Positions 23,864 to 37,700 of a stretch of DNA of 64,000 bases are shown here, in pieces. Source of the stretch: Eledone cirrhosa (lineage: Eukaryota); NCBI GenBank assembly GCA_964016885.1, contig OZ024741.1, forward strand, positions 77,934,001 through 77,998,000. Direction: 5' to 3'. The notes under the pieces are model-generated. The model saw only the letters and a list, made by a program, of their open reading frames with translations. It had not been told where the DNA came from and searched no databases. How positions within the stretch are numbered: position 1 is the stretch's first letter; each line of letters opens with the position of its first letter. The position numbers were made by a program, and so were the translations under genes.

Positions 23864-24456
23864 TATATACATATATATATAAACCCAATCATGATGCCTA
23901 GCAGTTTTAGCTTCTATGTAAGTTAGACATTTTTTATTTTTATTTTAGTTTGATTTATATATTTGGCAACTCTGTCCTTTTTTTTTTACTATTATTCTGC
24001 TTGAATGCTGTTTTTGAATTTTCTGCCAACACATTTCCTCACTACGGTCAGTTTTAATCAAACACCTCTTTGAGAGGTCACCTGTTACAATAATCTGAGA
24101 CTGCTACACTTACTGATGGCAGGGACTGGAATTAGATGTGTTGTTTAGACAAACAAACCTTTCCATTTCAGACAGGTAATTATCAGTTGAGGGGGTACTA
24201 CAGTGCCCAGTTATGTAATGTCTGCAGGTATTACATAACTACTGTGAATAACAGTTGCAGTTGTAACTGTTATGAGCAGACTGTAGTAGAGAAACTATCG
24301 ATAGTCCAGGTTTATTATATCATTACCCACACACTGCAGTTTACTTACAAATAATAAATTTGTGTGTACTCTGAATTATAAGTTTGTATTTCTTTCGTAG
24401 TAAATAGCTACTGGAGTTGCATGGATTCTTTACAGCAAGCTTCATGAACCAATATT

Positions 24457-24490
<34 letters not shown>

Positions 24491-24491
<1 letters not shown>

Positions 24492-25741
24492 CATCATCAT
24501 CGTTTAATATCTATCTTCCACGCTAGCATGGGCTTAGACGGGAATTGTCCCATGTGAGGCAAGATTGGTTGTCTTGCTCGTATAGGACTGTCTGGCGGGT
24601 TTTCTACAGCTGGATGCCATTCCTAACACCAACTACGTTTACAGTATGGACTGGGAGGTTTTTACCGTGTTACCTACACGGCTACATTACAGCGTGGACT
24701 GTGTGTTTTTTTTGTTGTGACACCTACATGACCTCATTTATTTAGGACTGGATGTTGTGGTACCAACATAACTTTACAGAGAAAGGGGTGGTGTAGATGG
24801 GGGTGGGGGTAGGGTTAGTGGGATGGGGGTGTATTTTTGGTTAGGAGGTGCCTACTGACTGTAGGTTTCGCTTTGTACTTAGACAAGGCGGGTCTTCTGT
24901 ATTACTGCATAGCGCCAAAGATCTCAGCCCAGTGACATTGTCTTGGAGAGGTGTAAGTGTGTAAGGTCAGAATTTATCAAATCGTCCCAGGTTTTTCTGG
25001 GTCTGCCTACTCCGTAGCTTCCCTCTATTTTGATCGCCCTGCACTTTTTTATACAGCTGTCGTTTTCAATGCGCATCATGTGACCATACCAACATAGTCG
25101 TCTCTCGAGTAAACAGCATCTGATCCTCTTATTCCTAATTTCTCACTTAATTCATTTATGCTTTGCCGTTCACGTATATTACTATTGCACATCCAATGGA
25201 GCATGCATGCTTCATTCCTTTCCAGTCTGCGCCGATCCTCTGCACACAATGCTCATGTCTCACTTCCATACAATGTCTCATTCATATACAGGCATCATAC
25301 AATCTGCCTTTCATTTTTAGAGAGAACCCTTTAGTGGCCAATAGTGGTATAAGCTCTCTGTACTTTTCCATCCCGTTCTGACTCTAACTACTGTACTTTC
25401 AGAGCACCCTCCACCACTGCTGATTTTGTCACCCAGGTAACGGAAGGTGTCCACTATTTCTATAGAACCATCTGGGCAATGGAAGGAACTATTATCCTGT
25501 GGGCACTTGCTACTTATTGCACCTGAGCATTGGCCACATATAAAGTCTACATTCTTACATAGTTTACCTGTGATCACACTACATCTTTTATGCACCCATA
25601 CTTTGCATTTGGGACATAAAATGGAGTTTCTGCCTACTCCTTTCCTACACACTGAGCATGGCCATTTCCCAGAGGAGACCAGTGCCCTATTTTCCTTCCT
25701 ACATACTAGAACTTTAGTCTTAGACAAGTTAATTTTAAGGC
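24491..25741 (-). mobile_element. 5'-truncated RTE LINE
   Basis: PHD insert, FRYLG, full 3' UTR and (CAT)n tail. Confidence 0.92.
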
Positions 25742-25748
25742 ATATATT

Positions 25749-27536
25749 ATCATCGTTTAACGTCCATCTTCCACGTTTGGATGGGTTTGGACGGGAGTTT
25801 CCCACTTGAGGCAAGATTGGTTGTCCTGCTCGTATAAGACTGTCTGGCGGGTTTTCTACGGCTGGATGCCCTTCCTAACACCAACCACATTTACAGTGTG
25901 GACTGGGAGGTTTTTACCGTGTTACCTACATGGCCACGTTACAGCGTGGACTGTGTGTTTTTTTGTCGTGACACCTACATGTCTGGCGGGTTTTCTACGG
26001 CTGGATGCCCTTCCTAACACCAACCACGTTTACAGCGTGGACTGGGAGGTTTTTACCGTGTTACCTACATGGCCACGTTACAGCGTGGACTGTGTGTTTT
26101 TTTGTCGTGACACCTACATGTCTGGCGGGTTTTCTACGGCTGGGTGCCCTTCCTAACACCAACCATGTTTACAGTGTGGACTGGGAGGTTTTTACCGTGT
26201 TACCTACACGGCCACATTACAGCGTGGACTGTGTGTTTTTTTGTCGTGACACCTACACGACCGCATTTGTTTCGGACTGGATGTTGTGGTACCAACATAA
26301 CTTCACATTTAAGGGGGTGGTGTGGATGGGGTGGGGTTTGTGGGACAGGGGTGTATTTTTGTTAGAGGTGCCTACTGACTGTAGGTTTCGCTGTGTACTT
26401 AGGCAAGGCGGGTCTTCTGTATTACTGTGTAGCGCCAAAGATCTCAGTCCAGTGACATTGTCTTGGAGAGGTGTAAGTGTGTGAGGTCGGAATTTATCAA
26501 GTCGTCCCAGGTTTTTCTGGGTCTGCCTACTCGGTGGCTACCGTCTATTTTTATCGCCCTGCACTTTTTTATACAGCTGTCGTCTTTCATGCGCATCCTG
26601 TGACCATACCAACGTAGTCTTCTCTCGAGTAAATAGCATCTGGTCCCTCTTATTCCTAATTTCTCCCTTAGTTCGTTTATGCTTTGCTGTTCACATATAT
26701 TACTATTACACATCCAGCGGAGCATACAAGCTTCGTTCCTCTCCAGTATGCGTATATCCTCTGCACACAATGCCCAGGTCTCACTGCCATGTAACATTGC
26801 TGTTCGTATGCAGGCATCATACAGCCTGCCTTTCATTTTTAGAGAGCACCCTTTAGCGGCCAATAGTGGTATAAGCTCTCTGAACTTTTTCCATCCCGTT
26901 CTGACTCTAGCTACTGTACTTTCAGAGCACCCTCCCCCACTGCTGATTTTGTCATCCAGGTAACGGAAGGTGTCCACTATTTCTATAGAACCATCTGTGC
27001 AATGGAATGAGCTAGTATTCTGTGGGCACTTGCTGCTACTTATTGCACCTGAGCACCGGCCACATATAAAATCTATATTCTTAGTTAGCTTACCTGTGAT
27101 CCCACTACATCTTTTATGCACCCATACTTTGCATTTGGGACATAAAATGGAGTTTCTGCCTACTCCTTTCCTACACACTGAACATGGCCATTTCCCAGAT
27201 GGGACCGGTGCCCTATTTTCCTTCCTACAAACTAGAACTTTAGTCTTAGACAAGTTAACTTTAAGGCCTTTTGATTCTAGGCCATGCTTCAATGTTTGGA
27301 ATTTCTTCTCTAGTTCAGCCATTGATTCAGCTATGAGCGTTAGATCATCTGCATATAGGAGTTTCCATGGGCAGCCGGTCTTGAACTCCTCTGTTATAGC
27401 CTGAAGGGCAATAATAAATAGTAGGGGGTTAAGAACGGAGCCCTGATGAACACCAACTTTTACGCTAAACTCTTCACTATATTCGTTGTTAATTCTAATC
27501 TTGGTGACTGTTTCTTTATACATGGCTTGTATAGCT
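25749..27536 (-). mobile_element. 5'-truncated RTE LINE, head-to-tail with the previous copy; 139-bp 3' UTR triplication
   Basis: 359-aa ORF 26444-27523 (RT + PHD). UTR unit repeats at 25841, 25980 and 26119. Confidence 0.95.
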
Positions 27537-27691
27537 ATATTTATATATATATATGAGTCCCGAGTTCAATCGAGGGTAACAACAGTAAGTAAGGTACTGA
27601 ATACATTAGCAGAGTGTATACAACAAAATTTAATACAGAAATGGCTTCTACGGGACTAGAACTGTTTCATTCGAAAGGAACAATTCTAGTC

Positions 27692-27783
<92 letters not shown>

Positions 27784-28290
27784 TTGTATGTACGTACATA
27801 TCCTTGGATAGCTACCTACTTCCCTCCAACCTAAACCCAAGAAACAGAAAGGTGGTACTACACCCAGGCCCCACCTCCGACCTGCCAGTATACCTCTGAA
27901 TTCCTTGCCTGCATGCCTCTGATCCACTTCTCCACACTTTCCATTTTTTTGAAAATTGTAGTATAGGTTCGTTTAGTTGTACATGTGTGTATAGATTTCT
28001 GTGTTTTGAGGTTGAAGGTTGAGATGAATAGTATGACTTTTTTTTCCCTTTTGGTTTTTTTTATTGCAGAACTAGAAACTGACATATTTTTCAAACACAT
28101 CAACTCCCGGAGGAGGCCTTCACATAATCTCATTTAGTTCATACACACACCAAAATTCCACTTAAGCAAATCTGCTTAATATTATCAGACACAACAAGGG
28201 ACCTAGAGGAGATGAACGATATACTCATCAAGAGAAAATACCCTCTAAATATAATCAAAAAGCAAAAAATTATTATTATTCAAGTCCTTC

Positions 28291-28641
28291 GACGGGAGCC
28301 ATTGGAATTTCAACATTTAAATTAGCAGCTTTCAAAGTATTTTTTTACTACAAGAAATAGTCTAGTAATGGGGTGTATAAGCCCCTGTAACAGAAAAATG
28401 GGTATCAGAACACATGGGAATTGAACCAGCACCTCTTATTTTCACAATAAGTGTGCTGATTACACCTACTTGTTCACCTGCAAGTTGTGAAAATAAGAGG
28501 TGCTGGTTCAATTCCCATATGTTCTGATTCCCATTTTTCTGTTACAGGGGCTTATACACCCCATTATTAGACTATTTCCTGTAGTCCAAAAATACTGTGA
28601 AAGCTGCTAATTTAAATTTTGAAATTACAATGGCCCCCGTC
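28291..28641. repeat. Inverted repeat, ~155-bp arms
   Basis: 28291-28447 pairs with 28485-28641. The arms contain a B-box-like GGTTCAATTCC. Confidence 0.9.
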
Positions 28642-28723
28642 TTCTAAACCACGTGTAAATTGTTTTTCATCTCGCACATAGATAACAAGATAAACAAGTA
28701 TCTCTCTTTCTTTTCTTCCCTAG

Positions 28724-28844
28724 AGGATAACAAAACAAATGAACATATTTATGTGGCTCTCTTCCTCATCTCCATGTTAGGACTTAGTGCCACTTTCTGT
28801 GGTAACTACATTTACACACCGGAGCTTTACCCTACACAGATACG
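28724..28844 (+). CDS. SLC22-like exon (TM10, YIYTPELYPTQIR)
   Basis: Polypyrimidine tract + tag acceptor (phase 1), CG|gtaag donor (phase 2), ELYPT motif. Confidence 0.92.
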
Positions 28845-28944
28845 GTAAGGATTAAACAATAACCTTTTTTTTCTATTTCTTCCAGTTCACAATTATTTAG
28901 ATAGATATACAATAATTTTTACCTCTCAATGAAATGTTGGTGTG

Positions 28945-29690
28945 AAAAACACATTATTCAGATCACACTCATAAAAGATAATGTTATGGAGACAATATAT
29001 TTTAATAACTAGGCAGAAGAATAGGGATAGTAAACATATTACTTACATTAGTAAATTACTGTTCTTCAAAGCCTATACAGTGCTGTTTTGAGCTAAGAGA
29101 AACTCAACCAATTACCTTTATCAAATTGATAATTAGTAAAGTTAAGACAACAGCTCTCCTCAGTAGGCCATCATACTAATTAGAAAAGATATCAACCATC
29201 CACAATGATGTTAAAGTCAGGACAGAAACTCTGCACATGTTGTTATCGCAGCTGCCACGATTATTGTAACAGTCAGTGGACAGTAACAGGTGAATAGGAA
29301 TGCTAAAAACAGCTCACTCATAGACCCATGAAAGCAACTCAACCAATATAGTAAAATATCAGGAATAAAAATATAGCAAAAATTTAGATAGATATATAAT
29401 AATTTTGACATCACTGTACCATAACCACTTAATAAAAAGTTAGTGCAAAAAAAACATTATTCAGAGAAGAATCATGAAAAATAATGTTATGGAGACAACA
29501 TATTTTAATATCTTGCAAATATATAACATAGAACTAGGTAGAAGAATAGGGATAGTAAACATATTACTTATATTATATTAGTAAATCACCATTCTTCAAA
29601 GCCTATACACCGCTGTTTCGAGCTGAGAGAAACTCCACCAATAACATTATTAAATTGGTAATTAGTAAAGTTAAGAGTAGGCCATCAGCC
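28945..29690. repeat. Imperfect local direct duplication (~28945-29170 and ~29450-29690)
   Basis: Shared ATAATGTTATGGAGACAA...GAAGAATAGGGATAGTAAACATATTACTTA...AGTAAAGTTAAGA. Confidence 0.8.
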
Positions 29691-29888
29691 AGATCTGCCC
29701 TTCTTTACCCCTTCCTCTTTTTTGTTTTTATCTTTCTTTTTCATATTTATGTAATTATCAATGGTTTTTAAGCAAACTTTGTGAGTGAAACAAATGTATT
29801 GAGAATAAGCATTTATTATTATATATATATATATATGCATGTATAAACATATATTCTTTTACTCTTTTATATATATTTACACACACAC

Positions 29889-31340
29889 ATCATCATCATC
29901 ATCATCATACTACATCCGCTTTTCCCTGCTTGCAAGGGTGGGACGGATCCTCTTCAGCACAGCATCTCTCCATTCGTCACAGTCCCTCATCATCTCCTCT
30001 GTGAGATTCAGTGATCTGAGGTCAGCTTTCATCATCTCCGCCCATGTTTTTCATGGTCTTCCTCTACTGCGTCTTCCTTCCACCGGGATTTCTTGGCACT
30101 TCTTTACCCAGCGGTCATCTTCCATGCGCATCACATGGCTATACCAATGCAGTCTTCTCTCCTTCACACTGCAGTTTATCCCTCTTATATACAGTTTCAC
30201 TCTCAACTCATCCATGCTTGGTCATTCACACACATTGACATTGCACATCCATTGGAGCATGCTTGCTTCATTTCTCACCACCCTTCGCATATCCTCTGCA
30301 GTGGCTGCCCCTGTCTCACTACCATGCAACATCGCGCATCTCACACAGGCATCACACAACCTACCTTTCGTTCGTAGGGAGAAACCCTTTGTTGTCCACA
30401 GAGGAAGCAGCTATAATGAATAAGAGTGGGCTGAGGACTAAACCCTCGATGAACTTGTACTTGTATCTGGAATTCCTCACTAAACTCCCTTCCTAATCTC
30501 ACTTTACTGACAGCTCCTCTGTACATAGCTTGCACTGTCCTCACAAGTCATTCCTCTACACCTAGTTTCCTTAGGGACCACCAGATAACTGATCGGGGTA
30601 CTCTATCAAAGTCCTTCTCTAGGTCAGCAAAAGCTAAATATAGTGGCTTACTCTTCTCTAAGAACCTCTCTTGTAGTTGTCTCACTAAGAAGGGGGCATC
30701 TGTTATACTTTTCTCAGGCACAAAACAAAACTGCATCTCATCTTATTTGACTCTAATTAGTTGTGCTAGTACTCTTTCTGTCACTTTCATAACCTGATCC
30801 ATCAGTTTTATGCCCCTATAATTGCTCCTCTCCAGAGCATCCCCTTGCAATGCAGAACACTTCACGTCTCTGATTCTCTCATCACAGAACATTGGCAAAC
30901 CTTCTACTCTCAGCTTCCCTGCGTGCTAAGTATACCTGACGTCTAGCCCCTCTTTTAGTGGCTTAGTATCGGTCTCTACTGCCCCCATTTTTCCAACCCT
31001 TCCATGCTAGTCTTTAATGACTCTATCTACCATGCTGTTCCACCACTAAGTCACCTTCTGTGTGGTTGGAGCTTTGCTCCAGCCACAAGTCTCTTCAGTT
31101 GCATGCAATAGGTTGTCTCGTAAGAACTCCCAGTTAACTTCCATATCATACAATTCTAATTCATCTTCTTTCTCGTCATACACATCTTGAAGGGCTTTCC
31201 TAAATTTATATTTAAGTGAAAGGTCCTTTAGCTTCCAGACCTTCCTTTTCCAAACTTTCCTGTGTGTTTCATTCTGTCTCTTGCTTATTGAGATGTCACT
31301 AATGACTAACCTATGTCGGAGGGTACATTCTTTCCCTGGA
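29889..31340 (-). mobile_element. Degraded, internally deleted RTE LINE
   Basis: YLAFADLEKDFDRVPR, tether region, C-terminus and (CAT)n tail. Confidence 0.9.
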
Positions 31341-31378
31341 TATATTCATAAAAACATATGTACTAATATATATATATA

Positions 31379-33908
31379 GGAGCAGTGGGAATTCCTGAAA
31401 GCAAACCTGCTGATGGCACCAGACGAAGTCTGTGGCTGGAGCAGGCCTGTAGGCAGGAGGAGAGTAACATGGTGGTGGAACAGTAAGGTGGAGGGGTCAA
31501 TTAAGGCCAAAAAGCAGGCTTGGAAAGCATGGCGGGATGGGGGAAGCAGAGAAGACTATCAAGTGGCCAGGAGGGAAGCTAGGAGACAAGTGTACTTCGC
31601 AAGAAGGGAAGCAGAGGAAAGAAAGTTCAAGCATGTTCTACAACGCGAGGACCAAAAACGTGAGGTGTTCAGGATTGCTAGGCAATGTGTCAAGGAAAAC
31701 CGTGATATTGTCGGGGAGAAGTGTGTACTTAATGATTACGGCGTACTTGCCATCACCGACGCTGATAAGAAGGTAGCTTGGAAGTGTCACTATGAAAGGC
31801 TACTAAATGAGGAGAGTAAATGGGAGAAAGACAGTCTCCCCCACATCGACCCAATAGAGGGACCAGCAGTGTTAGTCGAGGGTAGTATAATAAGTAAGGC
31901 AATCAAAGATATGAAGACGGGTAAGGCGGCTGGGCCTTCGGAAATAGTTGCCGAGATGCTGAAGGCATCTGGTACGGCGGGACACACCATGGTCACCCGG
32001 ATAGTAAACCAAGTCATACAGAATGGGGTTGTTCCGAAGGACTGGCGTAGCAGCATCATCGTTAACTGTTATAAGGGTAAAGGAGATGCCCCAGATAGGA
32101 GTAACTATAGAGGCATTAAATTAATCGACCAGGTCATGAAGGTCACGGAAAAAGTAATAGCGCAACTAATCAGAGAGAGAATTGACCTAGATGAAATGCA
32201 GTTCGGGTTTGTGTCAGGCAAAAGTACCACAGACGCTCTTTTCATTGTACGACAACTACAGGAGAAGTACCTAGCTAAAAGTAAACCCCTATACTTAGCT
32301 TTTGTCGACTTGGAGAAAGCCTTCGACAGAGTCCCCCGTTCCATTATCTGGTGGGCTCTTAGAAAACTAGGTGTTGATGAATGGCTTGTGAGAGCTATAC
32401 AAGCCATGTATAAAGAAACAGTGAGCAAGGTTAGAATTAACAACGAATATAGTGAAGAGTTTAGCGTAAAAGTTGGCGTCCATCAGGGCTCTGTTCTCAG
32501 CCCCCTACTATTTATTATTGCCCTTCAGGCTGTAACAGAGGAGTTCAAGACCGGTTGCCCATGGGAACTCCTATACACAGATGACCTAACACTCATAGCA
32601 GAATCAATGGCCGAGCTAGAGAAGAAATTCCAAACATGGAAGCACGGCCTAGAATCAAAAGGCCTTAAAATTAACCTGGCTAAGACTAAAGTTCTAGTTT
32701 GTAAGAAAGAAAATAAGGCGGCAGTCCCTTCCAGGAAGTGGCCATGCTCAGTGTGTAGGAAAGGCGTAGGTAGAAACTCCATTTTGTGTCCCAAATGCAA
32801 AGTATGGGTGCATAAAAGATGTAATGGGATCACAGGTAAGCTAACTAAGAACATAGATTTTACATGTGGCTGGTGCTCAGGTGCAATAAGTAGCAGCAAG
32901 TGCCCACAGAATACTAGCTCTTTCAACTGCGCAGAGGGTTCTATAGAAATAGTGGACAGCTTCTGTTACCTGGGTGACAAAATCAGCAGTGGGGGAGGGT
33001 GCTCTGAAAGTACAGTAGCTACAGTCAGAACTGGATGGAAAAAGTTCAGAGAGCTTATACCACTATTAGCCGCTAAAGGGTTCTCCCTAAAAATGAAAGG
33101 CAGGTTGTACGATGCCTGCATATGAACAGCAATGTTGCATGGCAGTGAGACCTGGGCAGTGTGTGCAGAGGATATACGCAGACTAGAGAGAAATGAAGCT
33201 TGCATGCTCCTCTGGATGTGTAATAGTAATATACGTGAACGGCAAAGCATAAATGAACTAAGGGAAAAATTAGAAATAAGAGGGATCAGATGTTGTTTAC
33301 TCGAGAGAAGGCTACGTTGGTATGGTCACGTGATGCGCATGAAGGACGATAGCTGTATAACAAAGTGTAGGGCAATAAAGATAGACGGTAGCCACGGAAT
33401 AGGCAGACCCAGAAAAACCTGGGACGAGCTGATAAATTCCGACCTCACACACTTACACCTCACCAAGACAATGTCACTGGACCGAGACCTTTGGCGGTAC
33501 TCAGTAATAGAGAAGACCCGCCTTACCTAAATACAAAGTAAAACCTACTACAGTCAGTAGGCATCTCTAACAAAATACACCCCCCCCCATCCACACCGCC
33601 CCTTTCAATGTAAAGTTATGTTGGTACCACAACATCCAGGCCGAAACAAATGAGATCGTGTAGGTGTCACGTCAAAAAAACACACAGTTCACGCTGTAAT
33701 GTGGCCGTGTAGGCAACACGGTAAAAACCTCCCAGCCCCACACTGTAAATGTGGTTGGTGTTAGGAAGGGCATCCAGCTGTAGAAAACCCTGCAGATAGT
33801 CCTATGCGAGCAAGATAATCACTCTTGGCTCAAGTGGGAAAACCCCCGTCCAAACCATGCAAGCGTGGAACACGGACATTAAACGTTGATGATGATGATG
33901 ATGATGAT
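31379..33908 (+). mobile_element. 5'-truncated RTE LINE, young copy
   Basis: 570-aa ORF (RT + PHD), CGA->TGA stop at 33123, YADD->YTDD, 3' UTR and (GAT)n tail, (TA)n on both sides. Confidence 0.96.
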
Positions 33909-33934
33909 ATATACATATATATATATATATATAT

Positions 33935-34225
<291 letters not shown>

Positions 34226-34284
34226 GTATATATATGTATATATATATATATATATGTACATATATATATATGTATATATATATG

Positions 34285-34319
<35 letters not shown>

Positions 34320-34342
34320 ATTTTTATATATATATATATATA

Positions 34343-34717
34343 TGGGGACACATGGCTTAGGGGTTAGAGCATTGGCCTTGCAATCGAAAGGTTGTGAGTT
34401 CAATTCTCGGACCGGGTGATGTGTTGTTTCCTTGAGCAAGACACTTTATTTCACATTGCTACAGTTTACTCAGCTGTAGAAATGAGATGATAGGGACTGG
34501 GGATCTAACCACTGCAAAGTGGTTGTGGAGGTGCCATGGCAAAAAAGCACCCAGCCCACACTGTAAAGTGGACGTGGAGGCGCCACGGCAAAAAAGCACC
34601 CAGCACTCACTGTAAATGAGGTTGGTGTTAGGAAGGGCATCCAGCTGTAGAAATCAAGCCAGAAACAGTTCCTGTAAGTTCTTGTAAGCAGGGAAAAGCG
34701 GACGTAAAATGATGATA
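34343..34717 (+). mobile_element. tRNA-derived SINE with RTE-derived 3' tail
   Basis: A box TGGCTTAGGGG, B box GTTCAATTC, CCTTGAGCAAGACACTT body, TTAGGAAGGGCATCCAGC motif, GGACGTAAAATGATGAT end. Confidence 0.85.
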
Positions 34718-34767
34718 ATGTGTGTGTACTAATATATATATATATATATGTGTGTGTGTGTATATAT

Positions 34768-35395
34768 ATAATTGGATATATGAGAGGATGAACACAGATA
34801 CAAGTATACATGTGTTCCAATTGCAAATTACCAAGTACTAGGTTGAAAAAATACTAATTTAAAACAATATGGTTTGCCTGACTCAATAAAAATAACAAAC
34901 CTATATCAGGCAATAGCCTTTGATACCCGTACCTTTCACTTAAAAGGATCTCAGAAGACTCAATCATATGCTGATATAAACGCACATGTCGCAGCTATTT
35001 TGAGTTTCTAACTCAATCTATGATATTCTCGGCTCCCAACTGCTATTTTAGCGGCATGAGTATGTGGCACTGCGACATGTGCGTTTATATCAGCATATCG
35101 TTCAGTCTTCTTAGATCCTTTGAAGTGAAAGGTACGTATTTTCCTGGATACCCGCAGAAGAGCACAGGAATTCTGGCTTTCACTTAATAATTCTTGCAAA
35201 ACAGATTTAGGTCTGTCCGGGTATCAAAGGCCCGATATAGGTTTGTTAATTTTATTGATTTATTACTTTAAATCGAGTCAGGCAAACCATATTGTTTTAA
35301 ATTAGTATTTTTTCAACCTAGCTAACTTGGTCAATTGCAATTGGAACACATGTATACTTGTATCTGTGTTCATCTCTCTCATATATTCAATTGTA
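34768..35395. repeat. Imperfect long inverted repeat
   Basis: ~34768-34994 pairs with ~35070-35395. The right arm has insertions. Confidence 0.88.
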
Positions 35396-35512
35396 TTACA
35401 CAGCTCGGAAAGATTCCCTTCTTTGAGCTATTTAATCGTAAAAGACTATTTTGAGTTTCTAACTCAATCTATGATATATATATATATATATATACATATA
35501 TCTATTATGCAG

Positions 35513-35585
35513 AAGTATTGCATTTGGTGTTCCTGTCACACTTTCAAGAATTGCATGTTCTGTGGCCCCATTTTTCAAACTTTTG
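35513..35585 (+). CDS. SLC22-like exon (SIAFGVPVTLSRIACSVAPFFKLL; TM11)
   Basis: tgcag|A acceptor (phase 2), TTG|gtaagt donor, R-I-x-x-x-x-A-P-F motif. Confidence 0.88.
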
Positions 35586-36723
35586 GTAAGTAAACTATAT
35601 TTTTTCTTAGTCCATATTTCATTTTTCACAACTAACATTATGACCATATCCTGGCCCCAGCTATAATGAGCATTCTAAAACTAACTCATTGCTAGAGCTA
35701 TATTTGAAACCAGATATAGTTTTGAAGCAGTGTAGCTGCAAACTCAGTTGAATGAGTATTGGGCACTGTCATGTACATAGCAAAGTACATTTAGTGATCC
35801 ATCTTTGAAATGGTTTGTTTTATTATTTTCCAGCGACAATAACGTAACAAATTAATTATTCAGACCCAAAATAAAATCACAGTATAACATAATAAAATGT
35901 CACAAATGAAAACCTAGAACTAATGAAATATAGCTTACTAAGTGTATTTACACAATTTGCACACCATTTTGATATTGGCCATTCAATATTGTTCATGCAG
36001 AATAATTTTCTGTTATATTCCTAGTTATAAAACTCATATTTTGTAGGAGAGGCCGGTCACTTATGGGTGCACATGGATTATGAAATTGATCAATTAAATA
36101 CAACTTAAGTTTACAAATAATAGCAAATTTTATTAGTTTATAAAATAGTACATATATTTAACTACCAACATTTGAGAGGTTGTCGTGACATTGACACAAC
36201 TGAAGCATCCTCACAACCCTTTTTAGGCATGGTTTCTACAGCTGGGTGCCCTTCTTATCATCAACCACCTTACAGGGTGCACTGGGTGCATTTTCGTGAC
36301 ACCAACACAAGAAAGGTTGTTGCTTATTGTTTCAACTGAATATATATAATATAATAAAGATTTGAAAATGCACCTAATGTTTTTATATACATGCAAAGTT
36401 TACAATACACAACAAAAAATAAACTAATGCATGCAAAAAATTAATTACAGTTTTTTTTTTTAATATAAATAGGTTTTCAGAAATAGTCATGATTATCTAA
36501 ATAGTTTTTACAATAACCTGTTTCATTGAGAAGCTTTTCAAAGTTTCATTTTGATTTGTATTGGATATATACATTTTTTTACACATGTTGCAATATGCCA
36601 TGTTGAAATTATGTCCTCTATGTGTTGTTTTTTAGTCATGATATATATATATATGTATATATATATGTGTGTGTATGTGTGCATATATATATATATATTA
36701 CATAGTTTTTTTTCCTTTCACAG

Positions 36724-36894
36724 ACTTTGTATGCTCCATGGGCTTCCGGTTTTACAATGGGTTCGGCATGTTTAATTTCTGCCATATTAGTTTGGGTATT
36801 TTTACCAGAAACGAAAAATCGTGTTTTGTCCCAGACTATTGAAGATCTCAATAAAATAAGAAGGGAAGAAAAGATGAATAAAATAAACATGTAA
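36724..36894 (+). CDS. SLC22-like last coding exon (TM12, FLPETKNRVLSQTIEDL...stop)
   Basis: tttcacag|ACT acceptor, LPETK motif, TAA at 36892-36894. Confidence 0.92.
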   Translation, partial: TLYAPWASGFTMGSACLISAILVWVFLPETKNRVLSQTIEDLNKIRREEKMNKINM

Positions 36895-37584
36895 GATATA
36901 TTGTAGGAAAGGAAATGTGAATCTTCAACAATGCTTTTGAATATGTTTTATTCAGAATTCAACCCTGTATCTAGGACACTACACTTATATCTATAGCTCA
37001 TATATATTTGCTCCAGCATGGTTACCATGCTAGTACATAGTTTTCCTTATTCCAGAGAAGTTATTACAGAAATTGTTTATAATGCCTATGTTTCACATCC
37101 ACACAACTAAACAGACAGCATACGAGTTTTGATATTGAATATTTTAGTAACATTTTTTTAAATGCATGATTTAAAAGATAATGAAGATTGTAATTTTCCA
37201 AAAGATATCCATTTCTTCTGAATTCTATATTCAATTTCATCATAAAATTTGCATCCCTGTTCAACATGCTATTAAGATACTTGAAGGAAGATATGTTTTT
37301 CAAAGTTTGCATTTCTGTTCAACATACTACTAAGATACTTAAAGGAAGATAAGTTTTTCAAAGTTTCAATATACACCATTTAAAAAAAAAGTCAAGCATT
37401 TTTTAGGGTAAGGTAATAATCGATCAGTACAATTCTAACATGTCCAACTGAATCAAGCTTCTAGATTCTTTTTTACTTATACTGCAGAAAGTCAATTACT
37501 GCAGCATAATTAGTTGTTCCACTGATGTAACTTTAAATTTCATCTAAGTTATACTTTAACCAGCACTGTATATATGGACAAATA

Positions 37585-37700
37585 TAATAATAATAATAAT
37601 AATAATGAAATTATTGTGTACAGTGCTCAGGTGCACTACAACTCATCAAATGTGCATGTATAGTACATAGAATAATGTACAAATGTCAGGAAAATGAATA
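37585..37700 (-). mobile_element. 3' stub of the CR1-type LINE
   Basis: Matches 46570-46670, with an (ATT)n tail. Confidence 0.8.

Noticed and set aside
34343-34415. tRNA gene
   Set aside because: A and B boxes are present but it continues into a SINE body and RTE tail. The same applies to 21072, 38824 and 41473.
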